In this document: one piece after another, positions 53,239 to 63,992 of the stretch
How positions within the stretch are numbered: position 1 is the stretch's first letter
Layout of the letters: every line of letters begins with the position of its first letter
Origin: an uncultured Anaerolinea sp.
GTDB taxonomy: Bacteria > Chloroflexota > Anaerolineae > Anaerolineales > Anaerolineaceae
Reading direction: 5' to 3'
Assembly: GCA_964428125.1 (NCBI GenBank)
Contig: CAYRXB010000009.1
Location: forward strand, 10,006-74,005
DNA length: 64,000 nucleotides
Program-made: the position numbers and the translations under genes
Notes under the pieces: generated by a model
Databases searched by the model: none
Told to the model about the DNA's origin: nothing
What the model saw: only the letters and a program-made list of their open reading frames with translations

Positions 53239-54966
53239 ATGATGGTCATTAATCTTGTGCAAAATATGGTCTTGTTGTTGGGGTTGATCACCCTATACAG
53301 CTTAACCTCTCCGCTTCGATCCAACAGAAAAACTCTCGCGAAAATTGTGATGGGATTGATTTTCGGTGGGGTGGCCATCATCGGGATGCGTATTCCATTC
53401 AATTATGCCCCCGGGGTTTTTTATGATGGACGGTCGATCATTCTCTCGCTAGCCGGTTTATTTGGCGGTGAGATCACAGTATTATGTTCAATCATAATCG
53501 CCGGCGTTTACCGCGCGATTGTTGGGGGTAATGGAATTTGGGCAGGTTTAGCAACAATTCTCTCAACTGGTTTGGTGGGTCTGGCTTTTAACCACTATTT
53601 ACGCTTCAAAAAAAGAGAAATCAAAATATACGAGTTGTTCATTTTTGGGATCATCGTTCATTTTTTCATGCTGGCTTCTCAATTGCTGGTAAAACCCTGG
53701 CCCGCTGGGGTAGCAGTAATCAAGCAGATCTGGCTGCCTGTTCTAGGAATTTTCCCTTTAACAACTATGTTGATGGGAATCTATTTGAAAAAAGAAAATG
53801 ATCGGATCAAAACACAAATTGCGCTCAAGGAATCCACTGAACGGTACCAGAACCTGGTCAATCAGTCACAGGACTTGATCTTCAGGTTTCGCCTTGTTCC
53901 GGAACAAAAATTCGAATTTGTTAATCCATACTGCCTGACATTGTGCGGCTATACTCCGGAAGAGTTCTACCAGCATCCGGAAATTGGATTCTCAATGATC
54001 TACAAGGAGGATCAAGCGCAATTTAATGAAGCAAGTGATGGGACAATGTTATATAAAAGACCATTTTCTTTGCGTTGGGTTAGAAAGGATGGCAGGATTA
54101 TTTGGGTGGAGATGCGAAATACGCCAGTCTTTGATGATAAAGGAAATCTCATCGCCATCGAAGGAATCATTCGGGATATCACGGAAAGAAAAGAACATGA
54201 ACAATCGCTGATCGATTACAACGAGCGGCTCGAAAAGGAAGTGGCTGCCCGAACACAGGAATTAAAAGACGCACAGAAGGCAATGCTCCAGCATGATCGC
54301 ATGGCTACGATGGGCAGGCTGGCAGCAGGGATTGCTCATGAACTGCGTAACCCACTGGGAGTAATTTCCAACGCAGTCTATTTTCTCAAACTGGTGCTGC
54401 AGGATGCCAATGAAAAGACGAAGGAATACCTGGGAATCCTGGAAAAAGAAAGCCGGGTGGCAGTTGAGATCATGAACGATATGCTCAACTTTACCACCCT
54501 GCAGGCAGGAGACCGGCAGCCATCGGATATAGGTGAGATTGTGAATCGGACGCTGACTGCTCATCCTGTACCTGAAGGGATTATTATCCATACAAAAATA
54601 GCGAAAAAATTACCAACCATTTTTGTAGATCCGCATCAAATCGAGCAGGTGCTGCAGCGATTGATTACGAATGCAAGTGAGGCGATGGTTTATACTGGCA
54701 AAATTTCGATAACTGCTCATTATGACGAAAAAATAAAAGATGATTACCTGCAAATCACCATCTCCGATGATGGTCCGGGCATATTGCCTGAAAACGTGGA
54801 ACACTTATTTGAACCATTGTTTTCCACCAAGCCGCGGCACATCGGGTTGGGGCTTCCGATTGCAAAAAGATTGATCGAAGTGAATGGGGGCAGTATCGAA
54901 GTAAGAGGGGATGGGGGAAAAGGAGCGACTTTTGTTATATCCCTTCCGCTGAAACAGGATTCATAA
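53239..54966 (+). CDS. Sensor histidine kinase with LytS/YhcK-type 5TM receptor-like N-terminus and one PAS domain
   Basis: 575 aa. Five or six N-terminal TM helices ([19 protein letters not shown]), PAS, [13 protein letters not shown], H-box [14 protein letters not shown], HATPase_c. Confidence 0.88.
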   Translation: [575 protein letters not shown]

Positions 54967-54967
54967 A

Positions 54968-57871
54968 ATGGACTCGCAATTAAATCTCTTTTTTGCTTCG
55001 GTTGTTTTCACCTTCCTTTTAACGTCTTTCCTAGCAATTTATGCGTTTAGGGTAAAGAAATTACCCGGTGTCAGAGCTTATGCATTACTTGCGCTTTCAG
55101 AGAGCCTGGGCTCACTGGCAGAAATCTTGTCCATGATAAGCAATAACCAACAAACAGCCATATTCTGGTGGAATGTTCGTTTTTTGCCTTTTGCATTTAT
55201 CTCGGGGTTGTTTGTCATTTTTGCATTCCGTTACAACGAGCATATGCATTGGATCCCTGACAAAGCTGTTTGGGGTTTATTGATTATCCCGGTAATCACC
55301 CAGGTGATGGTTTGGACAAATGGGCGATACCATCTGTGGGTTGCTAAAGATGCGATTTTCCTGCATATGGGGAATTTCTGGCTGGCAGACATCACCGCCA
55401 GAGAGCCTGCTGTATGGTTCCTGGTGTATACCTTCTATAACATTCTGCTGATGTTGACCGGGATCACTATCTTATTGATTACAGCCTGGCAGAATCGTAA
55501 AAAATCAGCATGGCAGTCTATCCTGCTCACCCTGGGTGCGTTGGTCGGCCTGGTAATTTTGCTGACTACCACCTTTAATTTACTGCCGGATTTAAGAGTC
55601 AACATTTTCATACCAGGTCTCGGGTTGAGTGCGCTTTTTTATGCGCTCGCGGTCTTACGTTTTGATTTCCTTAAGAAACCTGGACGTTCACTTCCAAAAG
55701 GTGAAATCGACAATATACAGGCTCAAGATAAAAGATCCTTCACTTTGTTTTTTATCATTTTTATCATTACAGCCTCGGGATTTTTTGCCCTCGGGAATCT
55801 TTCATACCAGCAGTATTCGGCGCGGTATCTTGATAATGTTAACCAACAATTGAACTCCATCGCGAAATTAAAGGTGGATAGTATCAGCGCCTGGCGGCGA
55901 GAGCGCACGGCAGATGTACAAAGTTTGGCTCAAAACCCCACTTTTCTTTCCCTTGTTGACCAATACATTCACGGTGGTCATGATCCCGCTATTGCTGATG
56001 AGATTGAGGAATGGTTCATCACGGTAGGGAAAGCTTATGACTACAACCATATCTACCTGGCTGACTCCCAAGGGAACATGTTATTCAGCACTCCCAATGA
56101 GGATCATTCAGTCCCTGAGCATGTCCTTTCTTATATAAAGGTGGATTTCATTCAAAAATCTGTCAGTTGGGTCGATTTTCACCGTCATGAAAATGGGGAG
56201 ATCCTGCTTGCGATTGTATCCCCAATTTTTAGTGCCACAAATTCGCAAATCCCACTTGGGCTGCTGGTATTCGAACTCTCCCCGGATAAGTGGCTTTATC
56301 CGTATATGCAAACCTGGCCTATCCCGAGTGAGACTGCTGAAACACTGCTCGTGAGAAAAGAAGGCAACGGGGTTCTGTTTTTGACGCCGCTTCGGTTTAA
56401 TCCAAAAGCTGCGTTGAACCAGTGGATCTCGTTTGAGAATTCCGAGGTGCTTGGGGTAAAAGGCGGGCTTGGAATTAGAGGAGTGGTAGAAGGACTGGAT
56501 TACCGGGGTCAAGAAGTGATCGGCTCGATCCAACAGGTACCGGACTCTCCCTGGATCCTGGTGGCTCGTATGGATAAGGCGGAGGTGGATGCACCATTAA
56601 AGACGCGTTTGTGGCAAACAATACTCTTTTTTGGTTTTTTGGTGATTGGCTCTGGCACAGGGCTGGCACTGATCTGGCGCAATAACCGGATGCGCTTCTA
56701 TCATAGCCAATTACTCTCCGCTGAAAAAATCCGTGAAGAGGAAGAAAAGTTCCGAACGGCATTCCAAACCTCCCCGGATGCGCTGACGATCACAAGAATG
56801 AAGGACGGATTAATTCTTTTGTACAACGACGCTTTAAAAGAAATCCTTGGATTTACTGATGAGGATTTACATAACAAAAGTTCTTACCAATTGAGAATCT
56901 GGGACGATTTTGAGGATCGGGATAGACTCATTACTCTCCTTAGAGAAAATGGTAGCGTAAAAAATTTTCCTGCAAAATTCAGACGCAAGGATGGAACCTT
57001 AATCGATGGATTGATGTCTGCAACGGTAATTGAGATCGGTGGTGAAGCATGCATCCTGAATACTACCCGGGATGTAACAGAGCTTAAGCGGATTGAGGAT
57101 AAGTTGCGAGAGTATTCAGAACATCTTGAGGAACTGGTAGAAGCACGTACCCGCGACCTCAAGAAAGCCCAGGAGCATACCCTGCGCCAGGAAAGGCTGG
57201 CTGCAATCGGGCAGCTGGCGGGCAGCATTGCTCATGAACTGCGCAATCCGCTGGGAGTGATATCCAATGCAGTGACATACCTTTCGATGATCCAGGCAAA
57301 CGCTGATCCAAAAGTGACTGAATATCTAAAAATCATTAAAAATGAAACGAATTCATCAGAAAAGATCATCACTGACCTGCTTGATTTTACGCACTTGCAG
57401 GTGGCTGAAAGAAAACCTATCCCTGTGGCTGACCTCATCAACAACTCTGTCAGGCGTTTTCCACCTCCTTCTCACATAGAAGTTCAAGAAAAAATCGATG
57501 AGAATCTACCGACTGTCTACGTCAATGGGCTGCAACTGGAACAGGTTCTTGGAAACCTGTTGACAAATGCATACCAGGCGATGCCTGATGGCGGAAAGGT
57601 AGAACTTACTGCCCAATTGAAAGAGGCGAATGATCAGCAGACTAAATCAGTTCGTATTTGTGTGATCGATAATGGTGAAGGAATAAAACCGGAAAACCTG
57701 AACCTGATCTTTGAACCCTTGTTCACCACCAAGTCAAAGGGAATCGGGCTGGGCTTACCGTTATGCAAGAAGTTTATAGAGGCTAATAAAGGTGAAATAT
57801 CAGTAACAAGTAAAGTTAACATTGGAACTACATTTACCATAATCTTGCCAACTGAAAAGGAGACCCCATGA
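54968..57871 (+). CDS. Sensor histidine kinase with 7TM N-terminal domain, periplasmic Cache-like domain and PAS
   Basis: 967 aa. HisKA_7TM-like N-terminus ([28 protein letters not shown]...), a large extracytoplasmic segment between TM helices, PAS, [13 protein letters not shown], H-box [14 protein letters not shown], HATPase_c. The start lies 1 nt after the upstream stop. Confidence 0.88.
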   Translation: [967 protein letters not shown]

Positions 57872-58632
57872 AAAACCGCATAAAAGTATTGATAGTAGAT
57901 GATGACCAAAGAATGGTCAGCACATTGGCTGATATCCTTTCAGTGGCCGGTTACTATTCAGCGCAGGCTTATTCAGCCAAAGAAGCGTTGAAAAAAATTG
58001 AAGAAGAGGAATTTGATTGTGTCCTCACTGATGTTCGCATGCCCGAGATGGACGGGGTGGCATTTCATAAAGTACTGCATCAACAAAAACCCGGTTTACC
58101 TGTGGTTCTGATGACTGCCTATGCCGCAGATGAGATCTTGCAGCGCGGTTTGGATGAGGGGGTAATCGGGGTCTTTGCCAAACCGCTTGATATTTCACAG
58201 ATGCTTGGATTTTTCGCTGCACTAACGAAGCATCAAATGATTGCGATTGTGGATAATGATCCGGGATTTTGCAAAACACTTGGAGACATCCTGAATAAGC
58301 GCGGCTTTTTCACTGAGGTTGAGACTGACCCTCATGCGGATATGAAACCAATTATGTCGGATGCCCAGGTGCTCTTGCTGGATATGAAATTAAACAGCAT
58401 AACCGGTTTGGATGTATTGAAACGAGTTAAGAAGTATCACCCTGAATTACCTGTACTTCTTATTACAGGTTATCGGGTTGAAATGGAAGAATCCATCAAG
58501 ATTGCGATGGAAAATTCGGCATTTACCTGCCTTTATAAACCATTAGAGGTTGAACACCTACTAAAATTGCTTGAAGATTTCCAATTGAAACGCCTCAGGA
58601 GTGCCATCAGGGAATCTCAAGTTAAAAGATAG
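57868..58632 (+). CDS. Tandem double-receiver response regulator without output domain
   Basis: 254 aa. REC1 (VLIVDDDQRM...CVLTDVRMPEMDG...KPL) and REC2 (IAIVDNDPGF...VLLLDMKLNSITG...KPL). ATGA overlap with the upstream kinase. Confidence 0.88.
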   Translation: MKNRIKVLIVDDDQRMVSTLADILSVAGYYSAQAYSAKEALKKIEEEEFDCVLTDVRMPEMDGVAFHKVLHQQKPGLPVVLMTAYAADEILQRGLDEGVIGVFAKPLDISQMLGFFAALTKHQMIAIVDNDPGFCKTLGDILNKRGFFTEVETDPHADMKPIMSDAQVLLLDMKLNSITGLDVLKRVKKYHPELPVLLITGYRVEMEESIKIAMENSAFTCLYKPLEVEHLLKLLEDFQLKRLRSAIRESQVKR

Positions 58633-58664
58633 CGGCTAGAGCACATAGTATGAGGAATTAACTA

Positions 58665-61600
58665 ATGCCAATTGATGATGTGATCCGGGTTCTGCTGGTT
58701 GATGATGATGTCAATATGCTCACCAGCCTTTGCGATATTTTGGAATACAAAGGCTATAAAACCCTGCAGGCGAACAAGGGCGCCCAGGCATTGATTTCGA
58801 TGGATTCATACCCGGCGGACGTGGCATTGATCGATTTGCGCCTGGAGGATATGTCGGGTCTGGAACTTATCCGCAAGCTCAAAGAAAAATCACCCTTTAC
58901 TGAATGCATCCTATTGACGGGTTATGCTACGCAGAGCTCTGCCATTGAGGCGGTATCATCAGGGGTATTCGGTTATTTTCTCAAACCGTTTGAATTTGAC
59001 CAGGTTGCGCTGGCAATCGAGCAGGCTGCAAAGAAAAGCAAAACTTCTCGGGCATTGGCTGCCAACGAGCAGCGACTGCGGCGATTGATCGAGAATGGCC
59101 GCGATAATATTATTGTTCTCGATGCAGAAGGGCTGGTAACCTGGGCAAATGCTGCGGTTGAATCCGATTGGGGATATAGCTTTACCGAAAACAGCGATGT
59201 ATACACAGCTGGACCCCTTCACCCGGAAGAGACGAAAGGGTTGTCTCAGATCTTTCAAAAGGTTGTGGGCACCCCCGGTTCAAAGGAAGATATCACATTT
59301 CGCATCAGGCAAAAAAGCGGTGAATGGCGCTGGGTGGAAGGAACCATTGTCAATCTACTCATGGATCCAAGCATCAATGGCGTTGTAATTAATTTTCGGG
59401 ATATCACAGAACAGAAACAAGCACAGGATAAACTGCGTTTGCAGGGCACCGCTTTGGATGCGGCAGCGAATGCAATGGTCATTACAGAACGAGACGGGAA
59501 AATCATTTGGGTGAACACTGCTTTCACCACGCTTACAAATTACACTTTTGATGACGTACTTGGTAAGAACCCGAGGTTGTGGAATTCGGGAAAACAGCCT
59601 CTCGCTTTTTATAAAAATTTATGGGAAACGGTCAATGCAGGCAAAATCTGGCATGGAGAACTTGTCAACAAACGGAAGGATGGGACTCTTTACCAGGAGG
59701 AAATGACCATCACACCGCTATTGGATACTAGCGGAGAGGTGCAGAATTTTATCGCGATCAAGCAGGATATCACCGAAAGGAAAAAGATCGAAAGAGCATT
59801 GGCATTAAGTGAAAGCCGATTCCGACGTTTATTCGAGGATTCTCCTGTCGCGATCAAAGAAGAGAATTTTTCCGAAGTTAAAAAGAAACTGGATGCGATA
59901 AAAAAGAAGGGGGTAACGAACTGGCAAAAATATTTTGAAGAACACCCTGAAATTGTGCAGGAATGCGCGGATTTGGCGATCGTTGAAGATGTGAACGCCG
60001 CGTGCGTCATACTCCATAAGGCTCAAAGCCGCGATCAATTAATAGGACCACTTTCAAGAAATTTGCCGAAAAGTTCAATCCTCCGATTTCAAGATGAGCT
60101 AGTTTATTTTGCTACTGGGTTGACGCAATTCTCAGCTGAGACAGTAAATACGCGCCTTGACGGTTCTCAATTCGACGTTAAGGTTTTTTGCAGAATTCCG
60201 CCGGAAAATGAACAAGATCTCGCTAAGGTCATCGTCACACTGATCGATATTTCAGAGCGAAAAGAGTATGAGAAAAAAATCGAGCAGCATAACCGCGAGC
60301 TGAACCTTTTATATAATGCCGGCAAGGTGTTAAGCCAGTCGCTGGACTTAAACCAGATAAGCGCTTCATTTTATGATTTGATTTCAACAGTGATAACCTG
60401 TGACTCACTGTTTATCAGTGAATGTACGAACGGATTAAGTGAACTGGAAATACGTTTTGCAGTCAGGGACGGAAAAACAGTAAAATCCGATGACCTGCCA
60501 ACTATTTCCGATTTTTCATTAAATTCTCCATTTGATTTATCAGCAATCGCTGAAGGGAAGTCGTTAATAGTAAACGATTATAAGTCTGAGCGAGGGGACC
60601 CACATAAACAAAAAACTGGAAAAATATCCGATACAGTGGAAACCGTTGAAAGCTCATCACACAACCTAAATGATTATCGCTCAGCAATAGTCATCCCTAT
60701 CCTATTTGGCAACCAGGTCCGCGGGATAGTTACCATACACAGCAAGAAACCAAATGCATTTAAAGAAAACGATCGATTGGTAGCTGAATCCATGGTGGCT
60801 CAAATCGCAGTTTCGATGAACAATGCCTCCTTATACCAGGAACGTGTAAAGGAACTTGAAGCCAGGATCAAGGCTGAAGGGGAACTTCGTACGAAAGCGT
60901 TGATTCAGGAAAAGATTGTTGCGCTTGGCCGTGAACTTGCCACGACGATGGAATTAACCACTATTTACAAAATAGCCCACAGCTATTTAAAAAAGATGAT
61001 TAAGTGCGCGAATTATGCAATTATTCTTTTTGATAATAATAACCAGGAGTTAATCCCTGCGTTTGTTTCCGCTGATAACAAATTTCTCGATGTTTCCTCT
61101 TTACCCCCATTGAAATTCGATCCACAGATAGCCCATGAGGGTAGAGGAAAGGCAATTAACACAAGATCGCCGGTGATTATGACTGATTTGGAAGTTAAAC
61201 GTAAATCCGGAGGCGGGCAATTATTTGGCAGCCAAACTGAACCACAATCAGCCATATATATACCAATGCTGGCAGAAGATAAGGTTATCGGGTTAGTAGA
61301 TCTGCAAAGTTATGAGGAAAACGCATTTTCTGAGGAGGATAGCGACTGGTTAAGTGTTGTAGCCAATATGATCGGGTTGGCAATCCAAAATGCAAAGCTG
61401 CAGGCGGAAATACTGCATGAGCTCTCAGAAAAGGAAAAAATTGAGGCTGAAATTCGCCAGTCGTTGATCGAACTGGAAATGCTTTATGAAAACGCATTGA
61501 CAGTAAATCAGTTGTTCGACACGAATGCGATCGGTTCTGCCACGATTAAATTGCTTGCCAAACGGTTTCCTGAATATCATTCTGTGCTGAGGTTAAGAGA

Positions 61601-63992
61601 AAAAGATTCAGATGTCCTTCGAATGATTGATTTCTATGTACCGGGAATTAATAAAGAAAAAAGGGTGGAACTTGAAAAAAAATATTTTACGGGGATAAAA
61701 AAGGTAGGAGAGGGGTTAAGTGGTTACATCGTAAAAACAGGAGAAGGCATACGAATTCCAGATGTAAACAAAGACCCCCGGTATAATCCGTTGTACCCAG
61801 GAATTACCTCTGGATTATACGTGCCCATTAAAGTGGGTCAATATGTGATTGGCAGTATCGCCCTTGAATCAGAAAAACCTGATGCCTTCACCTCACGCGA
61901 TGAACGACTGGTGAGTACCATCGCCAACCAAGCCGCAATCGCCTTTGACAATGCCTCCCTTTACCAGGCAGTGCAGAAAGAGCTAGCAGTAAGGGTAAAA
62001 ACTGAAACGGCATTGCGTGAAAGCCAGGGACGGCTTCAATCGATCCTGGACAATACCAGCGCGCTTGTTTATATCAAAGATCTACAGGGCAGGTATCAGT
62101 TGGTGAACAAGGCGATGGCTGCTGTTTTGGATATGCCGGAACAAAATGTCGTCGGTAAGCGCATCAGTGATATCGTCCTCTATCCTGAATTAGGACAGCA
62201 CGAAGAAAATGACAAAATCGTTTTAACGAAAAAAATACCGATAACCTTTGAGGAAACGCACACGCTAAAAGGTAAGGCAAACACGTTCCTGTCAGTAAAA
62301 TTCCCGATATGGAATGAAAAAAAAGAGATCATTGCCATCTGCGGTATTTCGACCGATATCACGGAACAAAAACGTGGTGAGGATCAACTCAGGTTAATGT
62401 CGCATATGGTCGAACAAAGTCCGGCACTGGTGGTGTTAACCGATCCGGATGGCAACATCGAATACATCAACAAGAAATTCACTGAGGAAATTGGTTACAC
62501 TCCAGAAGAGGTTTTAGGTAAAAATCCGAGGATTTTGAAATCCGGGCATACCACTCCTGAGGAATACACCAGACTGTGGCAAACAATTAAGAGCGGGAAG
62601 GAGTGGCGCGGGGAGTTCCAAAATCGCCGTAAAGATGGCAGTTTACTTTGGGAATCTGCTTCGATTTCACCAATTTTCGATAATCGAGGTGATATTACCC
62701 ACTTTTTAGGAATTAAGGAAAATATCACCCTTCGGAAAGAAGCCGAATTTGAATTGGTTCGGTTGAACCAGGAGCTGGAAGAAAGAGTTAACCGGAGAAC
62801 ACAGGAACTACATGAGGCAAACAAGGAGCTTGAAAAGGCTTCCAGGTTGAAGGATGAATTCCTGGCAAGTATGAGCCATGAACTGCGTACTCCTCTGACA
62901 GGTGTACTAGGGTTATCAGAAGCGATGCAAAAAGGGATATACGGCGCCCTTAATGAGAAGCAGATAACTATTCTTAAGACAATTGAAGAAGGCGGCAGGC
63001 ACCTGTTGAATTTGATCAACGATATCCTAGATCTTTCAAAAATTGAAGCCGGTAAACTTGAACTAGAGCAGGGTGTGGTCAATGTTGAAGAAGTCTGTCA
63101 ATCAAGTTTACGAATGGTCAAGCAGATTGCCAACGCGCGTCAACAAAGAACATCCCTGTCGATCAGCCCTGCTGATTTGCAGATGTTTGCAGATTCCAAA
63201 CGGATCAAACAAATTCTTGTAAATTTGCTCAGTAATGCTGTTAAATTTACTCCTGAAAATGGCGAGATTGGATTGCAGGTGACCGGCGATTCTGAAAAGG
63301 ATTTGGTTACTTTCATCGTATGGGATACCGGGATTGGTATTGCCAAAAAGGATATGGACAAGCTGTTCAAGCCATTTATCCAGATTGACAGCAGCCTATC
63401 GAGAAATTATGCAGGTACTGGTCTTGGTCTTTCTCTTGTGCATCGATTCGTAAAAATGCATGGCGGAACAGTATCCGTAGAAAGTGAAGTAGGCAAGGGA
63501 AGCAGGTTCATTGTGACCTTGCCATGGCAAAAAGCCAAAGTGGAAACCTCGCTGCATGATTTGTTTGGGGCAATGCAGGAGGTGAAAATGGCAATGAATT
63601 CGGGTTCAACGCAACAGAACCTGGGTAAAGTTCTAATTGTGGATGATAATCAAGTGAACAGTACAATGCTATCAGATTACTTGAGTTACAAAGGCTTTCA
63701 AACGGTAATCCTTAGTTCCGGGCAAGAGGCTTTGACACGAATTTCGGAAATTAATCCCAATGTGGTCCTGATGGACATCCAGATGCCAGGAATTGATGGG
63801 TTGGAGGTAATTCGAAGGGTGAGGAAGATGCAGGGACCCATCGCAAATGTGGGGATGATCGCATTAACAGCATTGGCTATGTCAGAAGACCGTCAAAAAT
63901 GCATTGATGCCGGGGCAGATGATTATGTATCCAAACCAGTTGACCTTGATGTATTAATGGTCGCCATCAATAGTTTGAAGGGGAGGGGTTAA
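58665..63992 (+). CDS. Giant hybrid sensor histidine kinase (REC, PAS x3-4, GAF x3, PAS x2, HisKA, HATPase_c, REC)
   Basis: 1775 aa. N-terminal REC (VLLVDDDVNM...VALIDLRLEDMSG). PAS units (KNPRLWNSGKQP..., KNPRILKSGHTT...). Three GAF ends (NASLYQE, NAKLQAE, NASLYQAV). H-box SHELRTPL. HATPase_c (NLLSNAVKFT, DTGIGI, GTGLGLS). C-terminal REC (VLIVDDNQVN...VVLMDIQMPGIDG...KPV). Confidence 0.92.
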   Translation: MPIDDVIRVLLVDDDVNMLTSLCDILEYKGYKTLQANKGAQALISMDSYPADVALIDLRLEDMSGLELIRKLKEKSPFTECILLTGYATQSSAIEAVSSGVFGYFLKPFEFDQVALAIEQAAKKSKTSRALAANEQRLRRLIENGRDNIIVLDAEGLVTWANAAVESDWGYSFTENSDVYTAGPLHPEETKGLSQIFQKVVGTPGSKEDITFRIRQKSGEWRWVEGTIVNLLMDPSINGVVINFRDITEQKQAQDKLRLQGTALDAAANAMVITERDGKIIWVNTAFTTLTNYTFDDVLGKNPRLWNSGKQPLAFYKNLWETVNAGKIWHGELVNKRKDGTLYQEEMTITPLLDTSGEVQNFIAIKQDITERKKIERALALSESRFRRLFEDSPVAIKEENFSEVKKKLDAIKKKGVTNWQKYFEEHPEIVQECADLAIVEDVNAACVILHKAQSRDQLIGPLSRNLPKSSILRFQDELVYFATGLTQFSAETVNTRLDGSQFDVKVFCRIPPENEQDLAKVIVTLIDISERKEYEKKIEQHNRELNLLYNAGKVLSQSLDLNQISASFYDLISTVITCDSLFISECTNGLSELEIRFAVRDGKTVKSDDLPTISDFSLNSPFDLSAIAEGKSLIVNDYKSERGDPHKQKTGKISDTVETVESSSHNLNDYRSAIVIPILFGNQVRGIVTIHSKKPNAFKENDRLVAESMVAQIAVSMNNASLYQERVKELEARIKAEGELRTKALIQEKIVALGRELATTMELTTIYKIAHSYLKKMIKCANYAIILFDNNNQELIPAFVSADNKFLDVSSLPPLKFDPQIAHEGRGKAINTRSPVIMTDLEVKRKSGGGQLFGSQTEPQSAIYIPMLAEDKVIGLVDLQSYEENAFSEEDSDWLSVVANMIGLAIQNAKLQAEILHELSEKEKIEAEIRQSLIELEMLYENALTVNQLFDTNAIGSATIKLLAKRFPEYHSVLRLREKDSDVLRMIDFYVPGINKEKRVELEKKYFTGIKKVGEGLSGYIVKTGEGIRIPDVNKDPRYNPLYPGITSGLYVPIKVGQYVIGSIALESEKPDAFTSRDERLVSTIANQAAIAFDNASLYQAVQKELAVRVKTETALRESQGRLQSILDNTSALVYIKDLQGRYQLVNKAMAAVLDMPEQNVVGKRISDIVLYPELGQHEENDKIVLTKKIPITFEETHTLKGKANTFLSVKFPIWNEKKEIIAICGISTDITEQKRGEDQLRLMSHMVEQSPALVVLTDPDGNIEYINKKFTEEIGYTPEEVLGKNPRILKSGHTTPEEYTRLWQTIKSGKEWRGEFQNRRKDGSLLWESASISPIFDNRGDITHFLGIKENITLRKEAEFELVRLNQELEERVNRRTQELHEANKELEKASRLKDEFLASMSHELRTPLTGVLGLSEAMQKGIYGALNEKQITILKTIEEGGRHLLNLINDILDLSKIEAGKLELEQGVVNVEEVCQSSLRMVKQIANARQQRTSLSISPADLQMFADSKRIKQILVNLLSNAVKFTPENGEIGLQVTGDSEKDLVTFIVWDTGIGIAKKDMDKLFKPFIQIDSSLSRNYAGTGLGLSLVHRFVKMHGGTVSVESEVGKGSRFIVTLPWQKAKVETSLHDLFGAMQEVKMAMNSGSTQQNLGKVLIVDDNQVNSTMLSDYLSYKGFQTVILSSGQEALTRISEINPNVVLMDIQMPGIDGLEVIRRVRKMQGPIANVGMIALTALAMSEDRQKCIDAGADDYVSKPVDLDVLMVAINSLKGRG

